From Eledone cirrhosa (Eukaryota), in the NCBI GenBank assembly GCA_964016885.1, contig OZ024740.1, forward strand, positions 219,170,001 through 219,234,000: DNA of 64,000 nt, written 5' to 3'. The stretch's first letter is position 1. Each line of letters begins with the position of its first letter. The position numbers and the translations under genes were made by a program. The notes below the pieces were generated by a model that ran no database searches, was not told the DNA's origin, and saw nothing but the letters and a program-made list of their open reading frames with translations. Shown here piece by piece: positions 12,827 through 26,347 of the stretch.

Positions 12827-13020
12827 GGATTGGCAGTATCGGTAGAGGGTCGGACGCCATGCTTTTCCGCATAGAGTTACGGCCCTTTATGATCTGAGTT
12901 CAAATCTCACAGAGGTTAACTTTGCCTATCATCTTAACGGGGTCGATAAAATAAAGTACCAGTAATGCACTGGGATAATTGTTGGCCTTGTGCCATTGTG
13001 CCAAAAGTAGAAAAAATTAT
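12827..13020 (+). mobile_element. SINE with Meta-like central domain
   Basis: 'gagttcaaatc' B box, 'ggggtcgataaaataaagtaccag', tail 'tggccttgtgccaaaagtag'. Confidence 0.75.
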
Positions 13021-13278
13021 GTTTATATGTATACTAGATATACCCTGAGTACAAGACCCTATGTAATATATGCAAGAAAGCAAGGAAAATGGGTTTTAAG
13101 AAACGATTACACACACAGACACACACACACACATATATATATATATATGTAGGAGGTGAGTTTTATTGTAGTACAATAAAGCAATGCAGATATCGGATAA
13201 GAAGCACTCTACAGTTTGTAGGACTGGAGTATAAATAATATATATAAGATCAAAAGATGGTTAAAAGAGTTCCATGCA

Positions 13279-13345
13279 TTTTATTATGCGCATTTCAAAA
13301 ACAAATATCATCATGCGATGACATTTACGTTTTCGTCAGATAAAA
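13279..13345 (-). ncRNA. Hammerhead ribozyme motif, family F
   Basis: Inverted counterpart of 13487-13553 with a compensatory change in stem II. Confidence 0.85.
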
Positions 13346-13486
13346 TAGGGAGACATGATATGAGGGTTAAAAAACACTTGTGAATAGTGCAGTTTTAAAT
13401 CAACATATATGTTGATTTAAAACATATGTTGATTTAAAACTGCACTATTCACAAGTGTTTTTTAACCCTCATATCATGTCTCCCTA

Positions 13487-13553
13487 TTTTATCTGACGAA
13501 AACGCAAATGTCATTGCATAATGATATTTGTTTTTGAAATGCGCATAATAAAA
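13487..13553 (+). ncRNA. Hammerhead ribozyme motif, family F
   Basis: ttttat-CTGACGA-aaacgcaaatgtcatt gcat aatgatatttgttttt-GAAA-tgcgc-ATA-ataaaa. Confidence 0.85.
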
Positions 13554-13581
13554 TACATGGAACTCTTTTAACCATCTTTTG

Positions 13582-13621
<40 letters not shown>

Positions 13622-13913
13622 GTGAGCTCATCGTGTGTGGTGATAGTGGTGGTGCCCTGACAAAAAGCACCCAGCCCATCCTTGTAATCATAGATAGGTA
13701 GGAATATTAATTTACTGACATTTAATGTGACTTTTTAGAGAAAAAAAATCAATAGTTAGTATCTCTTGTCTTTCTTAGAAACTATATTATACATGTTACT
13801 TCTTGTCAACTAAAGAAAAACATGTCCCTTCTTGCACACACAAGTTGCCTTATATTACGCAGGTGTCAGTTTTTGAACTAAAGTTAGTCAATATCATGCA
13901 TACATTATATATA

Positions 13914-13971
<58 letters not shown>

Positions 13972-14264
13972 ATATATATGCATACTTATATACATACATA
14001 TATACATACATATGTACAAATATTCATGCATACATTCATTCATACATACACATATATACATACATGCATACATAAATATATACATACATACATACATACA
14101 TATATACATATATATACATAGATACACATGTACATATATACATGCATACATTCATGCATACATACTTATTTACATACGTACGTACGTACATACATTTATA
14201 CATACATATATATGTGTATACATACAAATGTACATGTACAAGTATACATACATGCATACAAAAT

Positions 14265-14666
14265 TATTAACCATCTTGCCAACAACCACCCTGAGCACCT
14301 TTTTGATTTCCATGTGTCTAACACACGTGGGCATGCCAACAAAGTCAGAAAACAGCACAGCTCCCATGACTTTCGGAAACATTTTTTCATGCTCAGAGTT
14401 GCTGAAGCATGGAACAAACTTCCTGCATCAGTTGTTAGCTGTCAGGACACTGCATCCTTTACAACCTCCATGCTTCCTGAGATTCGCCAACACTACACCT
14501 GATATCCCCCCCCCCTTCATACATACACACACACACATGTATTTCATGACTCGTACACTGTTCATTTTCCTGACATTTGTACATTATTCTATGTACTATA
14601 CATACACCTTTGATGAGTTGTAGTGCACCTGAGCACTGTACACAATAATTTCATTATTATTATTAT
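14265..14666 (+). mobile_element. CR1-like LINE 3' end
   Basis: Peptide NTRGH..K......RKHFF..RV...WNKLP..VV typical of the CR1 ORF2 C-terminus; (ATT)n tail. Confidence 0.8.
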
Positions 14667-14680
14667 ACATATATTATACA

Positions 14681-14878
14681 AGGGCGGTGAATTGGCAGTA
14701 TCGGTAGAGGGTCGGACGCCATGCTTTGCAGCACAGTTACGTCCCTTTACGGACTGAGTTCAAATCCCGCCGAGGTTAACTTTGCCTTTCATCCTTATGG
14801 GGTCGATAAAATAAAGTACCAGTAATACACTGGGATAATTGCTGGCCTTGTGCCAAAAGTAGAAACAATTATTATTAT
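14681..14878 (+). mobile_element. SINE with Meta-like domain, full length
   Basis: Head 'gggcggtgaattggcagtatcggtag', B box, 'gcctttcatccttatggggtcgataaaa', (ATT)n tail. Confidence 0.8.
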
Positions 14879-15196
14879 ACATATATACATATGTACATAC
14901 ATACATTTGTACATACATACATACGTACATGTACAAGTATACATAGATGCATGCATGTGTACATTTGTACATACATACATATGTACATGTATAATGGTTA
15001 CAACTCAATTTTTGAGTAATGCCATCCCTTGATACTTAAGCATCAGCATCACGGATGTGCTTTTAATTCTACTAGGGACTTGCCTATGGCCAGCAATACC
15101 ATGCATCGCAAAAAAGTCACATATCAAGCGATGCCTGTGTTTGAAGCTTTTTAAGTGAGGAAAGGCTTTGCATGGGACCAATCCCACTCTCTGAAC

Positions 15197-16135
15197 ATCA
15201 TCATCATTATTATCATCATCGTTTAACGTCCATTTTCCACGCTAGCATGGGTCTGGACGGGAATTGTCCCACTTGAGGCAAGAGTGGTTGTCTTGCTCAG
15301 GACTGTCTGGCGGGTTTTCTACGGCTGGATGCCCTTCCTAACACCAACCACGTTTACAGTGTGGAACTGGGAGGTTTTTACCGTGTTACCTACACGGCCA
15401 CATTACAGCGTGGACTGTGTGTCTTTTTTTTGTCGTGACACCTACACGACCTCATTTATTTAGGACTAGATGTTGTGGTACCAACATAACTTTACATCGA
15501 AAGGGGTGGTGTAGATGGGGGTGGGGGTAGGGTAGTGGCACGGGGGTGTATTTTGGTTAAGAGGTGCCTACTGACTGTAGGTTTTGCTTTGTACTTAGGC
15601 AAGGCGGGTCTTCTGTATTACTGTGTAGCGCCAAAGATCTCGGTCCAGTGACATTGTCTTGGAGAGGTGTAAGTGTGTGAGGCCCGAATTTATCAAGTCG
15701 TCCCAGGTTTTTCTGTGGTTTTCTGTGGCTACCGTCTATTTTTATCGCCCTGCACTTTTTTATACAGCTGTCGTCTTTCATGCGCATCACGTGACCATAC
15801 CAATGTAGTCTTCTCTCGAGTAAACAACATCTGATCCCTCTTATTCCTAATTACTCCCTTAGTTCATTTATGCTTTGTCGTTCGCGTATATTACTATTAC
15901 ACATCCAACGGAGCATGCAAGCTTTGTTCCTCTCCAGTCTGCATAGATCCTCTGCACACAATGCCCATGTCTCACTGCCATGTAACATCGCTGTTTGTAT
16001 GCAGGCATCTTACAGCCTGCCTTTCATTTTTAGAGAGAAACCTTTAGCAGCCAATAGTGGTATAAGCTCTCTGAACTTTTTCCATCCCATTCTGACTCTA
16101 GCTACAGTACTTTCGGCGCACCCTCCACCACCAAA
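15197..16135 (-). mobile_element. 5'-truncated RTE LINE, same subfamily as 60225-64000
   Basis: Reverse complement matches 63360-64000; (GAT)n tail. Confidence 0.9.
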
Positions 16136-16285
16136 TGCATTTACCCAAAAAGAAGAACTGGTCTACATCATTGGATGCAAACGAAGTCACAGGTTTTATA
16201 TCAGAGAGACCTTCTCCTAGAGAGATGTCTTAATGAAGACTAGGAGTCTCTCGCTAGGGACCCCCCCCCCCCACAAAAACATACA

Positions 16286-16337
<52 letters not shown>

Positions 16338-17039
16338 TACATACACAAATTGCAATTCTTTGGTTGCCACTGATGCTATATCTTATATTAAAGTGCTGTT
16401 GGTGCATGGGAGGTAGAGTGATGGTCTCATGATATTGATTCATTATCTTTGGAGTCAATATGAGGAAGCATTACATCTCTAAAGGGAAAAAAGATGGGGT
16501 GCAAAATGTCAAACTCAATAGGGAGTCCACAGCCATCATCATTTAGTGTTCATTTTTCCATACTGGCATAGGTGGAATACACACACATACCACACACCAC
16601 ACCAAACACACACACATATACATATACCTACATATATATATATATATTTTTTTTTAATATATATATATATATTTTTTATTTTTATATATATATGTATTGA
16701 ACTCGTATTGTGTGTTATCTAACAAGTGCTGTGCAATTGTTTAATAACGTCCAATACAAGATCAATGCATGACAATATATATATATGTATGTAAAAGGTA
16801 AACAGAAATAACAATACAATTGGTACAGTAAATGGAAGGAATATATTAGTTTAATGCTTGAAATAGCAGGTAGAGGGTCTTAACGTTTTGGACACTAGTT
16901 CTTCATCAGAAGAAAGAATGAGAAATTAGTAAGATTGAAGGGACGGGTAGGGCGGAATCGGAAAAAAATGTTTTTAGAGAAAAAGAATGGGTCCATTCAT
17001 GTTGCCATCTTTTGGAAAACTTTATGTATACAGGCAAGC

Positions 17040-18033
17040 AACTCTACAGGGTAGGAAATGATAATGGCGTAGAGGGTGTAGGCATCCTACTAGCTGAGAA
17101 ATGGATAGATAATGTGATAGAAATAGTTAGAGTAAGTGACAGAATTATCAAGCTTAGAATAGTAGTAGGAAATAGACTGGTGACAATTATATCTAACTAT
17201 GCTCCACAAGCAGGACTGGGTAAAAACAAAAGGACAGGTTTTATGAGGACCTTTCATGAACAACTCAGGTATTGATGAAAGAGACATCATCATCTTGGCA
17301 GGTGACTTCAATGGACATGTGGGATAGTACCAGGATGGATTCAGCGGAGTTCATGACAGCTGTGGTTATGGTTCAAGGAATGAAGAGGGGTTGAGACTCC
17401 TGGAATTCTGTGATGCAAATATACTAACCATTCACAACACAAATTTCAGGAAACCCACTAATCATCTGATCTCATATCAATCAGGTGAACACATAAGTCA
17501 AATTGATTACTTACTTATAAGACAATGAGATAAATTGACTTATAAATATTAAGGCCTGCCCTGGGGAAGAATGCACTGCCCAGCACAAGTTAGTTGTTAG
17601 TAACACTGCAGAAGACATGCATAGACTGGAGAGAAATGAAGCAACCATGCTTTGTTAGATGTGCAATGTAAGTGTGAAAGAGCTGAGGGAGAAGCTGGGT
17701 TTAAAAGGAATCCAAAATGGTGTGCTGAAGGGAAGACTGCATTAGTATGGACATGTGATGCACATGGACAATTACCATTGGCTGAAGAAATGCCAAGAAA
17801 TCTCATGGGAAAGAAGCCACAGTAGAGGACAACCAAGAAAGACCTGGGCAGAAATTGTGAGAGCTGACCTCAAATTGCTAAGACTGGCAGAGAAGATGAC
17901 AAAGGAATGTGACAAGTGGAGAGATGCTGTGCCGAGAAGGACCCATCCAACCCATGCAAGCATATAAAACGGATGTAAAAATGAAGATGATGTTAGCATG
18001 GAAAATAGGCATTAAATGATAATGATGACGATG
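17040..18033 (+). pseudogene. Internally deleted RTE (AP endonuclease fragment joined to the 3' end)
   Basis: GVGILLAEKW..RVSDRIIKLR..YAPQ, LAGDFNGH and SQIDY motifs, then an RT C-terminal GxPRKTW segment. Confidence 0.85.
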
Positions 18034-18061
18034 ATATATATATATATATATATATATATAT

Positions 18062-18407
18062 GGAGGCACATGGCTTAGTGGTTAGAGCATTGGCCTTGCA
18101 ATTGAAAGGTTGTGAGTTCAATTCTCAGACCGGGTGGTGTGTTGTTTCCTTGAGCAAGACACTTTATTTCACATTGCTCCAGTTTACTCAGCTGTAGAAA
18201 TGAGATGATAGGGACTGAGGTCCTTATCATTCCACTGCAAAGTGGTCGTGTAGGTGCCACGGCAAAAAAGCACCCAGCACTCACTGTAAATGAGGTTGGT
18301 GTTAGGAAGGGCATCCAGCTGTAGAAATCAAGCCAGTATCAGTTCCCGTCCCACCCTTGCAAGCAGGGAAAAGCGGACGTAAAATGAAATGATGATGATG
18401 ATGATGA
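18062..18407 (+). mobile_element. tRNA-headed SINE with CORE-like centre and RTE-type tail
   Basis: A and B boxes, 'ccttgagcaagacacttt', tail shared with the RTE 3' UTR, (GAT)n end. Confidence 0.85.
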
Positions 18408-18484
18408 TATATATATACGTACATACATGTACATTTTTATATATATACATACATACATGTATACATACATGTTCATTTATATAT

Positions 18485-19652
18485 ATCATCATCATCATCA
18501 TCATCATTTTATGTCCGCTTTTCCCTGCTTGCAAGGGTTGGATGGGTCCTATTCAGCACAGCATCTCTCCACTTGTCATGGTCCTTCGTCATCACCTCGG
18601 TGAGTTTCAGCGATTTGAGGTCTGTTCTCACCACCTCCGCCCATGTTTTACGTGGTCTACCTCTTCTGCGTCTTCCTTCTAATGGGATTTCTTGGCACTT
18701 CTTTACCCAGCGGTCATCCTCCATGCGCATCATATGTCCATACCATCTCACCCTTCTCTCCTGCACACCACAATTTATCCCTCTTATACCCAGTTTCTGT
18801 CTCAATTCGTCCATTCTCGGTCGTTCACGCACATTGACATTGTACATCCAATGGAGCATACTTGCTTCATTTCTCTCCAGCCGTCGCATATCCTCTGCAG
18901 TTGCCGCCCATGTCTCACTACCATGCAGCATCACGCATCTCAAACAGGCATCATATAACCATCATTTTGAATGCAGGGAGAAACCCTTCTTTGTCAACAA
19001 AGGAAGCAGCTTCCTAAACTTCTTCCAACCCGTCCTTATTCTAGAAACTATGGCCTCGGAACCCCCCCATTCCCATACTAATCTGATCACCTAGGTACCA
19101 GAAGCTATCAACCACTTCTATAGAACCCACCTGCATTGGAAAAATGTGTCTATCACTGCGATTAATACTGCCAACTTTCCCTGTACATCTAATGCATACG
19201 TAGTTTTCCCTACCTGTTAGTTTGCCTGCTATCCCACTACATCTCTTGTGTACCCAAGATCTGCACTGCGTACATTTTATGGAATTTATGTCAGTTCCTT
19301 TCCTACATATCGAACATGGCCATTTCCCTGATGGAATCGGAGTATTGTCCTCTCTTCTACTTATCAACCCTTTTGTCTTAGCTATGTTCACTCTCAGTCC
19401 TCTTGATTCCAACTGCTGTTTCCATAGCCAGAATATATTCTCCAGCTCCTCTACTGATTCTGCTATAAGAGCCAGATCATCAGCATATAGAAGTTCCCAT
19501 GGACATCCAGTCTTAAACTCCTCTGTTATGGCTTGGAGGACTATAATGAACAGGAGCGGGGTGAGGAACGAACCCTGATGTACACCTACTTGTATCTGGA
19601 ATTCCTCACTAAACTCCATACCTACTCTCACTTTACTGACAGCACCCCTGTA
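18485..19652 (-). mobile_element. 5'-truncated RTE LINE (RT C-terminal half)
   Basis: GVHQGS, LLYADD, CSIC..C..C..WVHKRC and GSETW motifs; frameshifted. Confidence 0.9.
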
Positions 19653-21149
19653 GATATATATATATAGAACCCCCACACACACATGTACATATGCGTAGAC
19701 AATGCAATTCTATAGTAGAGATTTTATAACATCTAATTGGGTTGTAAAGTTTATCAAATTTCCTTTATCAAAGAAACTTATGGTGAATTTCAGTCATTAT
19801 CTTACCAGTAATGGCAAATAAGCATAAAGCCTTACTATGTCAAACATTAGAATAAATATCCTGCTGTATTTATTCCATCTCTTTTCATTCTATGTTCTAA
19901 TCCTGTAGAGATCAATTTTGCTTTTCATCTTTCTGCAGTTGTGAAGTATAGTAAAAGTCTATGACAATAGACTAGTAAGGTTGTTAGAACATCAAAAAGG
20001 ATGCAGTATTTGTTATGGTTCTTTAAATTCTGTTATGATAAATTGTATCTTATTCAATAAACTGATTATCTACTAGATTAAATGTTAGCAAATTACATCC
20101 TGAAGGGTAAATCTAGTCCATAGCTTCCTTTTATCCAACCCATGTACTTCATTGAATATGTGGCCTAGCATACCAACAATTCTTTGTCTTCTATGACAAT
20201 ACAATTCAATATTGTAAATATTCCTCTTATTACTGTGGACTTAAAACAGTCAATGTTTTATATACATACTAAAAAAATAAAAGTGTAACCCGCTACACTT
20301 GGTAAAAAGACAAACATTTATCGAGATGTGGGGTTTTTCAACAGTAAATAATCCAACACATTTATCCAAATTGATATTAACCTGGAATAATGTTTTCATT
20401 GAATGACTTTAATACCTGCGAGCCAACTCTGTGCTGATGGTGGTGAGTAGGGAGGTGGCCCTAGGGCCTAGGACACCAAAAGTCTCCATTCCAATATTTA
20501 TTTTCAGCCATCAGGCTCTCTTCTTAACTCTTAATGTCCTGTACCACATGAAATCACATTAGCAAGTGATTCTTGGAAAGTACACTATGACTGCATTACA
20601 TTAAAAATTAAAGTTTTTATATTAATATTGCAAATTTTCACAATGATCTGAGCACTATAAACATTTGAATTAACAGACATAGTTTTTAGATATTTTCTGC
20701 TAAATCTTTACAGAATCAAAAAACAAAATTTATTTTCCCTCTTAACATGGTGGATACCTAAATGTATACATGAGTGAATAACAATAGTATTATAATAATA
20801 TCATAATATTATTAATATTCAGTTTATTTACAAACAAACAGTCTCATAAAACACCACGTGGTAGATGAAAATGTCATCCTTTTCTTCCAGCGGTAGCTGA
20901 GAGAAAACAATTGATAATAATTGACAATTGTTTTGGAGTGTCTTGCTCCTTGTCAAGATTGTGTATTCTCCTCACTTGCTACCAACTGGAACTGCTGAGA
21001 ATACATAGTATTCTTAAATGTATACATCGGCTGATTAGCCTCATTTGCATACCGAGTGATTTTACGGCTGAAAGTTAAAAAATCAAAATTTGTTTTCACT
21101 CTTAACGTGGTCGATACCTAAATGTATTTGTGAGTGAATAATAATATAA

Positions 21150-21340
21150 TAATTGTTTCTACTTTTGGCACAAGGCCAGCAATTACCCAGTGTATTACTG
21201 GTACTTTATTTTATTGACCCCGTAAGGATGAAAGGCAAAGTTAACCATGGCGGGATTTGAACTCAGATCATAAAGGGACGTAACTCTATGCTTCAAAGCA
21301 TGGTGTCCGACTCTCTTCCGATACTACCAATCCACCGCCT
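21150..21340 (-). mobile_element. SINE with Meta-like domain
   Basis: Reverse complement of 14681-14878. Confidence 0.8.
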
Positions 21341-21924
21341 ATAATATAATAATATCATAATATAATAATATCATAATATAATAATATCATAATATCATTA
21401 ATATTTGGTTTGTTTAATAAAAGGTGTAGTGTGGTGGCGAAGGGGAGGAATGGGAGGGGAGCTGTGGTGGCAATGTATGTGTGTATGTGAGTGTCTGTGT
21501 ATGTGTGTGTGTGTGTGTATGTGTGTGTGTATGTGTGTGTATGTGTGTGTGTGTGTGTGTGTGCATGTGTATTGGTAGGAAAGGAATGTAGTGTGAATGT
21601 TTGAGTTGGTCATGTAGTATGGTTGGGTGTGTTAGTATGATTAATTAGTTAATTAGTAGCATGAGGAACAATGAAATATGTGTATTTGTCTATTATCATG
21701 GTAATGTGTCCATGTACGTGTGTGAGTGGATGGTTGTGCTGGTGGGTTTTGGGGGTAGTACATGTTTTTTTGGTGTGAGAATGGTCTATTAGTATAATTG
21801 ATTACTTAATTAGTAATGTTGGTAGGATTAAATGTGCATCATGGTCGAATTCTAGTAACTAATTAAAATATATATATATATATGAAATAAAAAGTTATAT
21901 ATACATATATGCATATATATATAA

Positions 21925-21955
<31 letters not shown>

Positions 21956-21983
21956 TATATATATATTATTATTATGTGGAGCT

Positions 21984-22057
21984 GTCTCTGTGGCGCAATT
22001 GGTTAGCGTGTTCGGCTGTTAACCGAAAGGTTGGTGGTTTGAGCCCACCCAGGGACG
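21984..22057 (+). tRNA. tRNA-Asn(GTT), probably a retropseudogene
   Basis: Matches the canonical metazoan tRNA-Asn GTCTCTGTGGCGCAA...CTGTTAA...CCCAGGGACG except three C>T changes at CpG sites, including the T-loop GTTCG>GTTTG. Confidence 0.85.
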
Positions 22058-22121
22058 AGGCTCCAGAATTTTATGTTTTCTGGCCTTGTGCCAAAAATAG
22101 AAACATTTATTATGTGGCGCT

Positions 22122-22584
22122 AAACTCCACCAGTTGCAGACTGTGCATTAACATGTGATATCTCTCTCCACAAAGTTTGCTCATCAGCAGCAGAGTTGAA
22201 AGAGCCAAGATCAAGTCCAGTCCATAAGTTGTCATATCAAGCCATTCTCTTGGCTGCTGGCCTCTGCTTCTCTTACCAGCCAACCTTCCTTCCAGACATA
22301 ACCTACTCACACCACGAGTTCATCTTTTTATATGGCCATATAGTTTGAGTACTCTTGACTTGATGTAATTAGTCTAAGTTTGGTAATGTTGAGCAGCTCA
22401 TTGATACAGATACAGTCACTGAGCCGCTTGTGAGTCATAAGTCTCATGATGTGGTTCTGGAATGTAGAGAGCTTCTGAAGTGACCTTGTCATCGAATTAA
22501 CACAGTCAAGACCATACAACACAACTGGTAGGATGTAAACATCACAGATCTTAGCCTTCAATTGATAGGAAACTCGTTTTGATG

Positions 22585-22585
<1 letters not shown>
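22122..22585 (-). pseudogene. Decayed RTE-like LINE 3' fragment
   Basis: LKAKI..VYILPVVLYG...FQNHIMR and LEGRLAGKRSRGQQPREW motifs. Confidence 0.65.
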
Positions 22586-22646
<61 letters not shown>

Positions 22647-23547
22647 ATATATATATGGAGGAAGTTATAGTTCACTTGAAGCATTGTGTAAAGCCAAAAC
22701 AATGCAGGTATGGACATAGAATAAAAAATCCAAATGCAAAAGATATTGTTGACAATTAGTCTTTTACCTTAGATTTATTTAAATGTCCTTAATTTTCGAG
22801 ATAATATCTCTTCTTCGGAGGGAAGTAAAGCGATTAAACCAGTGTTCTAAATAGCTTACCAAGTCATGCTGACAGGAAATGGTATAGAGTATCTGTTCTA
22901 TCTCTAATGTCAAAGAGTTAAGGTTAGGTGGATAAAGAGTAGTCTCCCTTTAAAAGGGGTTTTGTACATGTCTGTTTAAGTGTGTGGGAGAATGCGTGAA
23001 TGTGTAAGTATGTGTGTGTGTGTGTGTGTGTGTGTGAGTGTGAGAAGATATGTCTATACGTAAATGTGGGGGATAGATGTTCTCTCGTGTTAGAACTGGT
23101 CTTTGTGTGTGTATGTGTGTGTGTGTGAGAGAATAAGTGGAGGTGTAAGCGTGTGTGTGTGTGTATGTGTGTGTGTGCGCGTGTGTGTGTGCGTGGGGGG
23201 TGTAAGTATGGGGCTAGATGCTCTATCAAGTTATAAATTGGGTGTTGAGTTCTAGTCTATTATTGATTGGTGGTTGTGTTTTGTATATAATTAGTGCTTC
23301 CTTAATTCTAAGATTGCCGAGGTTTCTTTCCTTAGTTTCTATCCTAACTGTTATGGTTTTGTCGGTGTTTTTGCATTTCACTTGGTGTTTCTTAAATGAG
23401 GTGTTCTTTTATTCTTATGTGGAGTGGTCTGGTAGTGCTACCTACGTAGAAGTTGCTGCATTTGTCGCACTCTAGTCTGTATACGACGTAAGCCTGGTGG
23501 CATAGGTCTGTGTCATTGATTTAGAACACTGGTTTAACCGCTTTACT

Positions 23548-23585
23548 TCCCTCCGAAGAAGAGATATCATCTCGAAAATTAAGGA
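23548..23585 (+). ncRNA. Minimal hammerhead-like motif, family G (also ~22786-22823 minus and ~26665-26697)
   Basis: cct-CCGAAGA-agagat atc atctc-GAAA-a-TTA-agg; core has U4>C in all three copies. Confidence 0.6.
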
Positions 23586-23711
23586 CATTTAAATAAATCT
23601 AAGGTAAAAGACTAATTGTCAACAATATCTTTTGCATTGCATTTTTTATTCTATGTCCATACCTGCATTGTTTTGGCTTTACAAATTCAAACGTTTATAC
23701 CTCATTACACA

Positions 23712-26269
23712 ATGCTTCAAGTGAACTATAACTTCCTCCTTTCCTTACGCCTGAGCCAGGCCCAGTTCACAACTGTAAAGAAACTCTTCCAGCTATCTGA
23801 AAAGCGCGCCAAAGCCGGCTGCCAAATAAACTTCCTAAAACGATGCCTGAATAACAACGTCATCCCCAAAACTATCAAAAACTTGATACCAGGCCTCAAA
23901 CGATCACTTAGCTACATACAAAAATTCTGTCTAAGAAAACTCATACAACACCTACACCGCATGCTACAACAACACATACGGACTATTTCCAGCCTTGTAC
24001 CACAACTCGCTGAAACCCCAGAACCTCTGTCCAGAGTTATCTCCGCCGCTATAGACAGGTCATACCACCATCGCCGAGACTACGAGAAAATACGACTAAC
24101 GCAAAAATTTCTCAAACTCAGCACGGCTAACCGTCTTAACAACATCCCAACTCTAAGCACCAACAGAGGCGAACAATAGGGTACCAACACCGAACCTAGC
24201 GGCGCCCCGACCAACAACACACCTGACGCAAAACACCTCGTCACAGACTTGACAGGATCCCTCTCCCAAGAGGAATTAGACCTCCTCAGCCTGGGTCCCA
24301 AGTTCATATTGAAACAGAGACTGGACGACAAATTATGGCTCGACATAGAAAGGAATTTCTGTCGGGCTGCCTACCAACTAAAATAGATATCGACTCTCGG
24401 CAACAACACCACGGAATCTAACAAACCCAGATTCCCGATATACCAACTGGATCGCCCACTCTGTCCACCGCCTGCCAACCACGAGCTTGAAGAAAAACTC
24501 TCGAGGCTAAACATTCCGTATTTAACATCTTACAGAAACAGAAGAAGATAGCCCCAAACCTTTCCAGGACACAACAACTCACCCTGAAGAACCTACGGAA
24601 TAGGGAACTTATATACTTACCATCCGACAAAGGTAAAGAGTTTTGCATCATCTCTCAAGCCACGTACAACAACCTAGCCTTTGAACACCTAAGCGACAAT
24701 GAACTAGATACAGAGATCCCGGACATGACTGCAGCCCAGATCAAAAAACAGACCAACTCCATCTGGTTCGACATCTGTAGGAGAAGACAACTCCCAAATA
24801 AAGTTAAGCTCAACTACACCACTAGAAATAGCAGACTGCCCACTTTCTACCACCTCATCAAGACCTACAAGAATAGTACTAAGACGCAAATAAGACCCAT
24901 CGTCTCTAGCATAGAAGGACCCCTATACAAAATTTCCTGGCTCCTCTCCCAGGTCCTCAAGCCTCTACTCTCCACCTTTCCCGGGCATGTCAGTAGCTCC
25001 GACGAAGTCATACGTAGACTACACCAACTCCAGCCAGAACAACTTAAATTAAATAGATACGCCTTTAGCCTCGACGTTGTCTCCCTCTACACTACAGTCT
25101 CCGCTCATCCAGCTGTCGATTTATTGACGGACTGCGTGGTCGCAGAGGACATCCACTGCTATGGCCTCCATCCGACGGACATACACCAGCTTTTGTCCTT
25201 CACAGTGGACAACACTTACTTCACCTTCCACCACCACACATACAGACAGACAACAGGATTACCCATGGGATCCAGCCTATCGGGCCTGCTGGCCTTCACC
25301 TATATGAACCAGCTAGAATTCCGAGCCCTCAACACCTGCCATTCCCATATCTTCTTCACCCGATATGTAGATGACATACTCATCCTTACATCATCCCGTG
25401 AGGAGGCGGATAAAATATACACAACATTCTCCAGCATGGACGCCAGTTTAAAGTTCAGCATGGAACACCCCGATGACCGCGGATCCCTATCCCTACTGGA
25501 CTTCCAACTCAGGGTAACAGAGGAAGGCAACATCCACACCTGCTTCTATAAAAAAGCCGCCAGCAGAGACCTGTTCGTACATTTCAGATCGGCCCTCCCA
25601 GCCGGCGCTAAGTTCGGATACATAAGGAATGAACTAACACATATCCGGAACAAATGCACCGGCACTAGAGACCGAGACACACACACCACATATTTCCTGG
25701 AAGCACTCAAACTGAACGGATACACGACATCCACCACAAACCGTGCCAGAAAGAACAGAGGACACCACACCCGAGGCACTAACACTTGCTTCCTGAAGCT
25801 CCCACACTTCAGTGACGAAACAACAACAGCCACCCGCAGAGCTATCAGACGAGAGGGACTAGATATCCAACTGGCCCACTTAGGACCTTCTCTACGCGGA
25901 CAGCTAACCAAAAGACACTCCACCAGACATAACAACCGCAGGCTAGCCAGCTGCCCCATCAACGACACAGACCTATGCCACCAGGCTTACGTCGTATACA
26001 GACTAGAGTGCGACAAATGCAGCAACTTCTACGTAGGTAGCACTACCAGACCACTCCACATAAGAATAAAAGAACACCTCAATACTAACACTTCCTCATT
26101 TAAGAAACACCTAGTGAAATGCAAAAACACTGACAAAACCATAACAGTTAGAATAGAAACTAAGGAAAGAAACCTTGGCAATCTTAGAATTAAGGAAGCA
26201 CTAATTATAGACAAAAGACAACCACCAATCAATAATAGACTAGAACTCAACACCCAATTTATAACTTGA
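23712..26269 (+). pseudogene. Penelope polyprotein (RT + GIY-YIG endonuclease), 5' part disrupted; 24725-26269 open
   Basis: LPSDKG, IRPIVS, SLDVVSLYT, GLPMGS, RYVDD and VVYRLEC..C..FYVGSTTR.L..RIKEH motifs; stops at ~24179, ~24386 and ~24707. Confidence 0.9.
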
Positions 26270-26316
26270 TAGAGCATCTAGCCCCATACTTACACCCCCC
26301 ACAGACATGCACACAC

Positions 26317-26347
<31 letters not shown>

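Larger units (their letters stand above)
13150..13585. mobile_element. Fold-back element, family F, with an HHR on each arm
   Basis: 13248-13411 is the reverse complement of ~13424-13585; (AT)n flanks. Confidence 0.8.
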
